NCBI GenBank assembly: GCA_030390025.1 | Contig: JASTWF010000354.1 | Location: 372,001 to 436,000, forward strand | Source: Squalus acanthias | Lineage: Eukaryota | Reading direction: 5' to 3' | DNA: 64,000 bases | Shown: positions 46,695-58,740 of the stretch, one piece after another | How the letters are laid out: every line of letters starts with the position of its first letter | Numbering within the stretch: the stretch's first letter is position 1 | Position numbers and translations under genes: made by a program | Notes under the pieces: model-generated | Databases searched by the model: none | What the model was told of the DNA's origin: nothing | Seen by the model: only the letters and a program-made list of their open reading frames with translations

Positions 46695-49650
46695 TTTATT
46701 AATTCTCGGGATGTGGGCGTCGCTGGCAAGGCCTGCATTTATTGCCCATCCCTAGTTGCCCTTGAGAAGGTGGTAGTGAGATGCCTTCTTGAACTGCTGC
46801 AGTCCGTGTGGTGAAGGCGCTCCCACAGTGCTGTTAGGGAGGGAGTTCCAGGATTTTGACAAAGTGAGAATGAAGGAACGGCGATATACTTCCAAGTCAG
46901 GATGGTGTATGACTTGGAGGGAAACTTGGAGGTGGTGGTGTTCCCATGTGCCTGCTGCCCTTGTCCTTGGGAGGTGCTGCTGAAGAAGCCTTGGCGAGTT
47001 GCTGCTGTGCATCTTGTAGATGGTACACACTGCAGCCACGTTGCACCGGTGGTGGAGGGAGTGCATGTTTAAGGTGATGGATGCAATGCCAACAAGCGGG
47101 CTGCTTTGTCCTGGAAGGTGTTGAGCTTCTTTTGTGTTGTTGGAGCTGCACTCACCCAGGCAAGTGAAGAGTATTCCATCACACTCCTGACTTGTGCCTT
47201 GTAGATGATGGAAAGGCTTTGGGGAGTCAGGAGGTGAGACACTCGCCGCAGAATACCCAAACTCTGACCAGTATTTATGTGGCTGGTTCAGTTCAGTTTC
47301 TGGTCAATGGTTACCCCCAGGATATTGATGGTGGGGGATTCGGCGATGGTAATGCAGTTGAATATCAAGGGGCGGTGGTTAGATGCTCGCTTGTTGGAGC
47401 TAGTCATTGCCTGGCACTTGTGTGGCGTGAATGTTACCTGTTACTTATCAGCTCAAGCCTGAATGTCGTCCAGGTCTTGCTACATGCGGGCATGGACTGC
47501 TTCATTATCTGAGGAGTTGCAAATGGCACTGAACACTATGTCGTCATCAGCGAACATCCCCACTTCTGACCTTATGATGGAGGGAAGGTCATTGATGAAG
47601 CAGCTGAAGATGGTTGGGCCTAGGACACTGTCCTGAGGAACTCCAGCAGTGATGTCCTGGGGCTGTGATGATTGACCACCAACCACCACTGAAGGGATAT
47701 TTACTAGTCCTAGCCCCTTTAGGGCTACCCCGGATCAGGCGTATTTCTCAGACGTTCACTTTCAACTAAAGATTGAGGTAGCTGAATCCTAAAGACGCTT
47801 AATTGGGTCTAAAGATCCAGGCTATCTCTCCCTAAAGGAAAGGAACAACCCAAGAATGATACCTCCTCCAGATTGCACTTTTAATAAGTTTAGCTAGACT
47901 GTAACGTCCTGGATAGTATGAGGGTCCAGAAAACTCCCGTAGTGTTCTGTAACTCTTCACCAAAGAGTTTACAGAGATTGAGTTTGTGGGTTATTGATAC
48001 AGAAGATCTATGTGAGACAGTTCTAAAAATATATAGAGATTTATTAAAAGAACCAACTTGCAATTTACAGTTGGTGAATCAGTCAATCGTAACGTTAACA
48101 GTTCTAAAAAGAGAAAAAGTACTATCTTATTATTAACAGAGAATCTTACTTTTAATTCTTAACTTTGCTACAGTATTACAGTTCTTAAAGTTTTCTATAC
48201 AGGATATCCATCAATATCAAATACCTTTGATCCCAGAGGTACAAATAGTTGGAGACTACAGAGCACCTCTGTAGCTGAGAATCGCTTTGCCTGATTAAAG
48301 CGAGTCTGATATCCCATTTGAGAGTTCAATATTTATACCCTTTTTCAGTGGTATTTCCTTTAAAGTTTCTGCGGACCCAAGTTAATTATCCCTATTAATC
48401 TTTCTGCTGACCTCTGCAATTCTTACTGCCACATCAGCTTGTAATATTACAGAATCTTGTCTCATCTCCAGGTGTTCTGAGTTTACCATATAGAACGGTG
48501 TGAAAGGCAGGTGTTCCTTATCTTATGTCACCTTTGCGAGAACAGATGTTTCTTATCTTATGTGCCATCTTTACGAAGTTTAAATTGGAACACCTTATCC
48601 AGGGTGAACCATTGTTTTTGTTCCCAAAGGTCAGCCTGTCAGAGCCATGCACCTTCTGTTTCAATAAGATTATTTATTCAGGGTCAACAGCTGTCTTATC
48701 TCAATAGCCAGCATTCTTTCATAGCTATTTCATAGTTAGGTTTCAAAATATCCAAACCCAGTTTGTCATGTTTTAATAAGGCCAGAATTCCTTCATAAGA
48801 TATTGTATTTTTCTGAATAGGTTATATGGCTTATTCCTTCACACCACAAACAGCTTCCTTTGTGCTAGGTATGACTCCAACCAGTGGAGAGTTTTCCCCC
48901 CGATTCCCAATGACTTCAGTTTTACTAGGACTCCTTGATGCCAGACTCAGTCAAATGCTGCCTTGATGTCAAGGGCATCACTCTCACCTCACCTCTGGAA
49001 TTCAGTTCTTATGTCCATGTTTGGACCAAGGCTGTAATGAGGTCTGGAGCAGAGTGGTCCTGGTGGAACCCAAACTGGGCATCAGTGAGCAGGTTATTGG
49101 TGAGTAAGTGCTGCTTGATAGCACTGTCAACGACACCTTCCATCACTTTGCTGATGATTGAGAGTAGACTGATGGGACGGTAATTGCCCGGATTGGATTT
49201 GTCCTGCTTTTTGTGGACAGGACATACCTGGGCAGTTTTCTGCCTTGTCAGATAGATGCCAGTGTTATAGCTGTACTGGAACAGCTTGGCTAGAGGCACG
49301 GCTAGTTCTGGAGCACAAGTCTTCAGCATGACAGCTGGGTTGTTGTCGGGGCCCATAGCCTTTGCTGAATCCAGTGCGCTCAGCCGTTTCTTGATATCAT
49401 GTGGAGTGAATCGAATTGGCTGGAGACTGGCTTCTGTGATGGTGGGGACCTCAGGAGTAGGCCGATATGGATCATCCACTCTGCACTTGTGGCTGAAGAT
49501 GGTTGAAAACACTTCAGCCTTGTCTTTTGCACTCACGTGCTCGGCTCCACCATCATTGAGGATGGGGATATTCATGGAGCCTCCTCCTAGTTGTTTAATG
49601 GTCCACCACCATTCACGACTGGATGTGGCAGAACTGCAGAGCTTTGATGT
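46695..49650 (-). mobile_element. Second CR1-group LINE (Zenon/Crack-like; clade uncertain), decayed ORF2
   Basis: KAMGPDN, NYRPISLLSIISKVME, QFGF, GVPQDSVLGP, MFADD, YKAQVRSVMEYS on the minus strand. Confidence 0.85.
47690..48841 (-). mobile_element. Solo LTR, 1152 bp (ERV-like or LTR retrotransposon)
   Basis: TGAAGGGATA...TATTCCTTCA termini (9/10 inverted match); 6-bp TSD CACCAC; minus-strand TATAAAT (48337-48331) and AATAAA (~48045). Confidence 0.85.
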
Positions 49651-49952
49651 GGGATACATATTTCCTGGGAGCAGGGAATAGCTTGGAGATATTGTAGGGA
49701 AACCAGGGTCAAAGTCAGGGTTCCCGTGGAGGGACAAAGCTGATGTAAGCAGGATGGAGGCGGCACGGAGCATTGATGAATCTTTATCCAAATTCAGAGA
49801 CAGGTGTAGCAGGCGAGGGAAGTCTAGAAGCTATTTGAAGGGTAGAGAGTTGGAGGATGGAGGTTGTTGCCGTAGGAATGAGAGTCGGTAACAGTGCAGA
49901 AAGATGATGGTGAAATTGACACAAGTTGGAGGTCACCGTAGATCAAAGGCGA

Positions 49953-50475
49953 CTAATTGAGAAATGGATTGCCTTCTTTCTCGCTCCACATTGCCCAGGA
50001 TTTATATTGTGGAACAGTTGCCAATCGTTCTGGTGTTAAGGAACCTGGCTGAGGTTTGGATCTGGTTATCGTGCAGTGTTCGACCCAGACTTCAATAGTC
50101 TTTTGTGTGTCAGCCATGGCTCAGTGGTTGCACACGAGCCCCTTTCACCACCTCAGGACGTCCCAAAGAGCTTTACAGACAATTAAGTACTTCTGAAGTA
50201 ACGAGGAATAATTGCAGGGCTGTGGGGAAAGAGCAGGGAGTGGGACTAATTGGAGAGCTCTTTCAAAGAGCCGGCACAGGCACGATGGGCCAAATGGCCT
50301 CCTCCTGTGCTGTCTGATTCTCTGATGTTTATCCAGACCTTTAAAGACTTGTATCAGATCATCTCTCAGTCTGATTCTCTCCAGTGAAAGTAAATTCTTC
50401 CTAATTTAAAATATCTCCTCTCATTATTTTTCATTCATGAATCAATTTTATGATAAATATAATAAGAATAAAATG
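49953..50475 (+). repeat. Local duplication copy B (empty site for the RTE insertion)
   Basis: Single AGTGGTTGCACA at 50123-50134. Confidence 0.93.
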
Positions 50476-50529
50476 TGGGCAAATCTCACTGGGTGTCACC
50501 TTTAAAGAGCAGGAATGGAGATAAATGAT

Positions 50530-50782
50530 ACTGGGGGAGAAGGAGCTGCTCATTGTCTGTCTCTGTCTCTCACTGGGGGAGAACGAGCTGCTCATTGTCT
50601 GTCTCTGTCTCTCACTGGGAGAATGCTCATTGTCTATCTCTGTCTCTCACTGGGGGAGAAGGAGCTGCTCATTGTCTATCTCTGTCTCTCACTGGGGGAG
50701 AACGAGCTGCTCATTGTCTGTCTCTGTCTCTCACTGGGGGTGAGGAGCTGCTCATTGTCTGTCTCTGTCTCTCACTGGGGGA
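50530..50782. repeat. 42-bp tandem repeat (~6 units)
   Basis: Unit CTGGGGGAGAAGGAGCTGCTCATTGTCTGTCTCTGTCTCTCA. Confidence 0.9.
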
Positions 50783-50994
50783 GAATAACCTACATTATTC
50801 ATCGGATGCCTGGGTCATGCTGAGAGTCACATTGAAACTGATTCAGATCTTTTACAAAGCATTGATAATACAACGGCAACAGAATGCTTCATTCAATACA
50901 TTTAAATAATGAACAATCGGCCTGATATTGAGCCCCAGGACTTAACAAATAGGAAAGAATTCATAAGAACCGAAATGTAACTCAGCAACCAGGT

Positions 50995-51482
50995 TAGAAT
51001 CATAGAATCAGACAGCACAGGAGGAGGCCATTCGGCCCATCATGCCTGTGCCGGCTCTTTGAAAGAGCTCTCCAATTAGTCCCACTCCCTGCACTTTCCC
51101 CATAGCCTGAAGCTTTACCTTTTCAAGTAATTATCCAATTCCCTGTGAAAACTTTCCCTCATCTCCCCTCTGGTTCTTTTGACAATTATCTTCAATCTGT
51201 GTCCTCTGGTTACCGATCCTCCTGCCACTGGAAACAGTTTCTCCTTATTTACTCGAGCAAAGCCCATCCTGATTTTGAACACCTCAATTAAATCTCCCCT
51301 TAACCTTCTCTTCTCTAAGGAGAAAAATCCCAGCTTCACCAGTCTCTCCACATAACTGAAGTCCCTCATCCCTGGTACCATTCTAGTAAATCTCCTCTGC
51401 ACCCTCTCCAAGGCCTTGACACTCTTCCTAAAGTGTGGTGCCCAGAATTGGACCCAATACTCCAGCTGGGGTCTAACCAGGT
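50995..51482 (-). mobile_element. CR1 3' fragment
   Basis: LERVQRRFTRMVPGMRDFSYVERL...VTRGHRLK on the minus strand. Confidence 0.9.
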
Positions 51483-51654
51483 TCCCCTGTTCCAGGCCTG
51501 TGATTGGAGAGTTTGAATCCAGAAGGCTATTTTTTCAATATTGTCATTTTCTAAAGTGAGGCTTAAAGTTCAAAATCCTTGCACTTGTCTTGGAATTTAA
51601 AAAGATAATTCAAATAATAAGAAAGAGTTTGAATTTATACAGCGCCTCTCACAG

Positions 51655-52098
51655 CCTCAGGATGATGTGTGACCCGGGGGGAACTTGGAGCTGGTGGTGT
51701 TCCCATGCACCTGCTGCCCTTGTCCTTCTAGGCGGTGGAGGGAGTGGGTTTGGGAGGTGCTGGGGAAGAGGTCTTGGCGAGTTGCTGCAGGACATCCTGT
51801 GGATGGTCCACACTGCAGACACGGTGCGCCGGGGGAGGAGGGAGTGGGTTTGGGAGGTGCTGGGGAAGAAGCCTTGGCGAGTTGCTGCAGGACATCCTGT
51901 GGATGGTCCACACTGCAGACACGGTGCGCCGGGGGTGGAGGGAGTGGGTTTGGGAGGTGCTGGGGAAGAAGCCTTGGCGAGTTGCTGCAGGACATCCTGT
52001 GGATGGTCCACACTGCAGACACGGTGCGCCGGGGGAGGAAGGAGTGGGTGTTTAAGGTGGTGGATGGGGTGTCGATCACATGGGCTGCTTTGTCCTGG
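51655..52098 (-). mobile_element. Fragment of the Zenon-like LINE with a 100-bp internal triplication
   Basis: Homologous to 46900-47115; GGAGTGGGT recurs at 51741, 51841, 51941 and 52041. Confidence 0.85.
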
Positions 52099-52859
52099 GG
52101 AAGAGATGGTTCATCTTGTGAACACGTGTAAACTCACTCCTTTAGAGCTGGATCCACCTTTTGGGCTTTGACTGATGACTGAGTCCCGTCAAACATTCCC
52201 GAACCTCACTCAACATTCCCCACAGTCAGTAATGTGGCTTCCCAGAGAATCCCATTCCCATCCTCCTGTGAGAGTGTTTGTCCTCCAGCTCAGTTTTGAC
52301 AGAGAGAATCCATTAGCGGAGATAAAGGGTGAAGGTTGAAAGCCGAGCCTCCGTTGTGCGGTGATTTGCTGAATCTTATACTGGAGCTGATTGCGAGCTG
52401 ATCTCTCTCGGTGAGGCAGGGCCGTGGTTCTTGATAGAAAATACGGACAACTTGTGATCACAACACAAATCTGTCAGAGCGCAGTCTGTCAACTCATCAC
52501 TGGGAAGCCTTTGAAATGGAAGTGAAGATGGGCCTTCTCACTGTTTGAGACACGGACCATATAGACAGCAAGTGGTTGTTGGGGCAGCTCAGAAACCTCC
52601 CAGACTTGTTGTACAAAACTGTGGTACCCGGGCAGGAATCTCACTGCAGAAAGTCCCTGTCAAACTGTGTGGGATTTGTCGAGTGATCTCAGCCTCACTT
52701 CACTTGTCCAACCTGTCGTTCCATCGGATTCGCTCCTGATTTAGAAAAACACAACCTTAAAGGTAATCCCAGTAAAACCCTGTGTGGTGTCTCATCCTGA
52801 GCTCACAGTCCAACTCCACATCTGCTCCATTGTTGGACTGGCTCAAAGGCCATGAGAAC

Positions 52860-54445
52860 GGTCACTCCAGAGTCTCCAGCCCATAATCCAGGCCAACACT
52901 CCCAGTGCAATACTGAAGGAGCGCTGCACTGTCAGAGGGGAATTACTGAGGGAGTGCTACACTGTCGGAGGAGCAGTACTGAGGGAGCAGCTGCACTGTC
53001 GGAGGAGCAGTACTGAGGGAGCGCTGCACTGTCAGAGGAGCAGTACTGAGGGAGCGCTGCACTGTCGGAGGGGCAGTACTGAGGGAGCGCTGCACTGTCG
53101 GAGGGGCAGTACTGAGGGAGCGCTGCACTGTCGGAGGGGCAGTACTGAGGGAGCGCTGCACTGTCGGAGGGGCAGTACTGAGGGAGTGCTGCACTGTCGG
53201 GGAGGGGCAGTACTGAGGGAGTGCTGCACATTCGGCGGGCGGAAGTACTGAGGTAGTGCTGCACTGCTGGAGGGACAGCTTTGAGGGAGTGCTGTACTGT
53301 CGGAGGGGCAGTACTGAGGGAGCGCTACACTGTCAGAGGGGCAGTACTGTACGAGTGCTGCACTGTTGGAGGAGCAGTACTGAGGGAGCGCTGCACTGTT
53401 GGAGGGGCAGGACTGAGGCAGCGCTACACTGTCGGAGGGGCAGTACTGAGGGAGCGCTACACTGACGGAGGGACAGTACTGAGTGAGCGCTGCTCTGTCA
53501 GAGGGGCAGTACTGAGGGAGCACTGCTCTGTCGGAGGGGTAGTATTGAGGGAACGCTGCACTGTCGGAGGGGCTGTACTGAGGGGGTGATGCACAGTCAG
53601 AGGGCCAGTACTGTGGGGAAGCTGCACTGTTGGAGGAGCAGTACAGAGGGAGCACTGCACTGTCAGAGGGGCAGTACTGAGGGAGTGCTGCACTGTCAGA
53701 TGGTCAGTACTGAGGGAGCGCTGCACTGTCAGAGGGGCAGTACTGAGGAAGCGCTGCACTGTGGAAGGGGCAGTACTGAGGGAGTGCTGCACTGTGGAAG
53801 GGGCAGTACTGAGGGAGCGCTGCACTGTGGAAGGGGCAGTACTGAGGGAGCGCTGCACTGTGGAAGGGGCAGTACTGAGGGAGCGCTGCACTGTCGAAGG
53901 GTCAGTACTGAGGGAGTGCTGCACTGTCAGAGGGGCAGTACTGAGGGAGCGCTGCACTGTCGGAGGGTCAGTACTGAGGGAGTGCTGCACTGTCGGAGGG
54001 TCAGTACTGAGTGAGCGCTGCACTGTCAGAGGGGCAGTACTGAGGGAGCGCTGCACTGTCGGAGGGTCAGTACTGAGGGAGTGCTGCACTGTCGGAATGG
54101 CAGTACTGAGGGAGAGCTGCACTGTCGGAGGGGCAGTACTGAGGGAGCGCTGCACTGTCGGAGGGGCAGTACTGAGTGAGCGCTGCACCGTCGGAGGGGC
54201 AGTACTGAGGGAGTGCCGCACTGTCGGAGGGGCAGTACTGAGGGAGCGCTGCACTGTCGGAGGGGCAGTACTGAGGGAGCGCTGCACTGTCGGAGGGGCA
54301 GTACTGAGGGAGCGCCGCACTGTCGGAGGGGCAGTACTGAGGGAGCGCTGCACTGTCGGAGGGGCAGTACTGGGGGAGCGCTGCACTGTCGGAGGGGCAG
54401 TAATATTTATCCATCAGCCAACATCACTAACACAGATTATGAGGT
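52860..54445 (+). mobile_element. Deu-SINE containing a ~45-unit 33-bp array (~52905-54402)
   Basis: SINE CCCATAATCCAGGCCAACACTCCCAGTGCAATACTG lies before the array and AATATTTATCC...CAGATTAT after it. Confidence 0.88.
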
Positions 54446-54664
54446 CATCTACTTTGAATGCAAGAATGATAACTGTGCAACAATGTTTTCATTTTCAGCT
54501 CCTCGAGATCTTTTGTTTCTTTACTTGTCCCATTACCATCCCCCTTCAAATTGATCTCGAGATAAATCAGGCTATTTTCTAAATGGTGAGGGACCAGGAG
54601 CTGTGGAGGAGCAGAGAGATTTGGGTGTCCATTAAAAGCTATTGCATAGGTGCAAAAATATATT

Positions 54665-54896
54665 TTTACGATTAGTCATCCTGGGGATGTGGGCGTCGCT
54701 GGCAAGGCCGGCATTTATTGCCCATCCCGAGTTGCCCTGAGAAGGTGGGGGTGGGCCTTCTTCTTGAACCGCTGGGAGCGGGTTTGATACAAACTGAGTG
54801 TCTCGCTCGGCCACTTCAGAGGGCAGTTAAGAGTCAACCAGGTTGATGTGGGACTGGAGTCACATATAGGCCCAGACCGGTAAGGACGGCAGGTTT
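54665..54896 (-). mobile_element. SINE-like repeat with the Zenon-like LINE tail
   Basis: Near-identical to 13525-13740. Confidence 0.75.
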
Positions 54897-55230
54897 TCTG
54901 ACCAGATAATCTGTTTTAGTGATGTTGGTTGAGGGATAAATAAAGGCCAGGACACCGGGGTGAACATCCCTGCTCTTCAAAAAAGTGCCTGGGATCTTTT
55001 ACATCCAGCTGAGAGGGCAGACAGGGCCTCGGTTTAACATCGCATCTGAAATAGGGAACCTTCGTACGTGCAGCGCTCCCTCAGTACTGCCCCTCCGACA
55101 GTGCATCGCTCCCTCAGTACTGTACTGGCAGTTTCGGCCTGGATTATGCGCTCAAGTATCTGGAGTGGGACTTGAACGCTCGCCCTCTGAGTCAGAGCTG
55201 AGATATTATCCGCTGAGCCATGGGTGACAC
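54897..55230 (-). mobile_element. Deu-SINE with head and two 33-bp units (55068-55125)
   Basis: Body, duplicated unit, then GGGACTTGAAC...CTGAGCCATGG (reverse tRNA-like head). Confidence 0.82.
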
Positions 55231-55279
55231 CGTGTGTGCGGTTTCATGGACCGAGGTTCTTGAGTCTCTTCCCCTCCGC

Positions 55280-58200
55280 ATCCATCTTCTCTCAATGTCC
55301 CATCAATCTTCTCTCAACGACCCATCAATCTTCTCTCAATGACCCATCAATCTTCTCTCAATGACCCATCAATCTTCTCTCAATGACCCTTCAATCTTCT
55401 CTCAATGACCCATCAATCTTCTCTCAATAACCCATCAATCTTCTCTCAATGACCCATCAATCTTCTCTCAATGACCCATCAATCTTCTCTCAATGACCCT
55501 TCAATCTTCTCTCATTGACCCATCAATCTTCTCTCACTGACCCATCAATCTTCTCTCAATGACCCATCAATCTTCTCTCAATGACCCATCAATCTTCTCT
55601 CAATGACCCATCAATCTTCTCTCAATGACCCATCAATCTTCTCTCAATGACCCTTCAATCTTCTCTCAATGACCCATCAATCTTCTCTCAATGACCCTTC
55701 AATCTTCTCTCAATGACCCATCAATCTTCTCTCAATGATCCATCAATCTTCTCTCAAGGACCCATCAATCTTCTCTCAATGACCCATCAATCTTCTCTCA
55801 ATGACCCATCAATCTTCTCTCAATGACCCATCAATCTTCTCTCAATGACCCTTCAATCTTCTCTCAATGACCCATCAATCTTCTCTCAATGACCCTTCAA
55901 TCTTCTCTCAATGACCCATCAATCTTCTCTCAATGATCCATCAATCTTCTCTCAAGGACCCATCAATCTTCTCTCAATGACCCATCAATCTTCTCACAAT
56001 GACCCATCAATCCTCTCTCAATGACCCTTCAATCTTCTCTCAATGACCCATCAATCTTCTCTCAATGACCCATCAATCTTCTCTCAATGACCCATCAATC
56101 TTCTCTCAATGATCCATCAATCTTCTCTCAATGACCCATCAATCTTCTCTCAATGACCCATCAATCTTCTCTCAATGACCCATCAATCTTCTCTCAATGT
56201 CCCATCAATCTTCTCTCAATGACCCATCAATCTTCTCTCAATGACCCATCAATCTTCTCTCAATGTCCCATCAATCTTCTCTCAATGACCCATCAATCTT
56301 CTCTCAATGACCCATCAATCTTCTCTCAATGACCAATCAATCTTCTCTCAACGACCCATCAGTCTTCCCTCAATGACCCATCAATCTTCTCTCAATGACC
56401 CATCAATCTTCTCTCAATGATCCATCAATCTTCTCTCAATGACCCATCAATCTTCTCTCAATGACCCTTCAATCTTCTCTCAATGACCCATCAATCTTCT
56501 CTCAATGACCCTTCAATCTTCTCTCAATGACCCATCAATCTTCTCTCAATGACCCATCAATCTTCTCTCAATGACCCATCAATCTTCTCTCAATGACCCT
56601 TCAATCTTCTCTCAATGACCCATCAATCTTCTCTCAATGACCCATCAATCTTCTCTCAATGACCCATCAATCTTCTCTCAATGATCCATCAATCTTCTCT
56701 CAATGACCCATCAATCTTCTCTCAATGACCCATCAATCTTCTCTCAATGTCCCATCAATCTTCTCTCAATGACCCATCAATCTTCTCTCAATGACCAATC
56801 AATCTTCTCTCAATGTCCCATCAATCTTCTCTCAATGACCCATCAATCTTCTCTCAATGACCCATCAATCTTCTCTCAATGACCAATCAATCTTCCCTCA
56901 ACGACCCATCAGTCTTCCCTCAATGACCCATCAATCTTCTCTCAATGATCCATCAATCTTCTCTCAATGACCCATCAATCTTCTCTCAACGACCCATCAA
57001 TCTTCCCTCAATGACCCTTCAATCTTCTCTCAATGACCCATCAATCTTCTCTCAATGACCCATCAATCTTCTCTCAATGACCCATCAATCTTCTCTCAAT
57101 GACCCTTCAATCTTCTCTCAATGACCCATCAATCTTCTCTCAATGACCCATCAATCTTCTCTCACTGACCCATCAATCTTCTCTCAATGATCCATCAATC
57201 TTCTCTCAATGACCCATCGATCTTCTCTCAATGATCCATCAATCTTCTCTCAATGACCCATCAATCTTCCCTCAATGACCCATCAATCTTCTCTCAATGA
57301 CCCATCGATCTTCTCTCAATGACCCATCAATCTTCTCTCAACGACCCATCAATCTTCTCTCAACGACCCATCAATCTTCTCTCAACGACCCATCAATCTT
57401 CTCTCAACGACCCATCAATCTTCTCTCAACGACCCATCAATCTTCCCTCAATGACCCATCAATCTTCTCTCAAAGACCCATCGATCTTCTCTCAATGACC
57501 CATCAATCTTCTCTCAATGACCCATCAATCTTCTCTCAATGACCCATCAATCTTCTCTCAATGACCCATCAATCTTCTCTCAATGACCCATCAATCTTCT
57601 CTCAATGACCCATCAATCTTCTCTCAATGATCCATCAATCTTCTCTCAATGACCCATCAATCTTCCCTCAATGATCCATCAATCTTCTCTCAATGATCCA
57701 TCAATCTTCTCTCAATGACCCATCAATCTTCTCTCAACGACCCATCAATCTTCCCTCAATGACCCATCAATCTTCTCTCAATGACCCATCAATCTTCCCT
57801 CAATGACCCATCAATCTTCTCTCAATGACCCATCGATCTTCTCTCAATGACCCATCAATCTTCCCTCAATGACCCATCAATCTTCTCTCAATGACCCATC
57901 AATCTTCTCTCAACGACCCATCAATCTTCCCTCAATGACCCATCAATCTTCTCTCAATGACCCATCGATCTTCTCTCAATGACCCATCAATCTTCTCTCA
58001 ACGACCCATCAATCTTCTCTCAACGATCCATCGATCTTCTCTCAATGACCCATCCATCTTCTCTCAATGACCCATCAATCTTCTCTCAATGACCCATCAA
58101 TCTTCTCTCAATGACCCATCAATCTTCTCTCAATGACCCATCAATCTTCTCTCAATGACCCATCAATCTTCTCTCAATGACCCATCGATCTTCTCTCAAT

Positions 58201-58740
58201 GTCCCATCGATCTTCTCTCAATGACCCATCGATCTTCTCTCAATGACCCATCAATCTTCTCTCAACGACCCATCAATCTTCTCTCAACGATCCATCGATC
58301 TTCTCTCAATGACCCATCAATCTTCTCTCAATGACCCATCAATCTTCTCTCAATGACCCATCAATCTTCTCTCAATGACCCATCAATCTTCTCTCAATGA
58401 TCCATCAATCTTCTCTCAATGATCCATCAATCTTCTCTCAAGGACCCATCAATCTTCTCTCAATGACCCATCGATCTTCTCTCAATGACCCATCGATCTT
58501 CTCTCAATGACCCATCAATCTTCTCTCAAGGACCCATCAATCTTCTCTCAATGACCCATCGATCTTCTCTCAATGACCCATCAATCTTCTCTCAATGATC
58601 CATCAATCTTCTCTCAATGACCCATCAATCTTCTCTCAATGACCCATCAATCTTCTCTCAATGACCCATCAATCTTCTCTCAATGATCCATCAATCTTCC
58701 CTCAATGACACATCGATCTTCTCTCAATGACCCATCAATC
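55280..58740. repeat. 22-bp minisatellite (~157 units)
   Basis: Same unit as 11626-12977. Confidence 0.98.
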
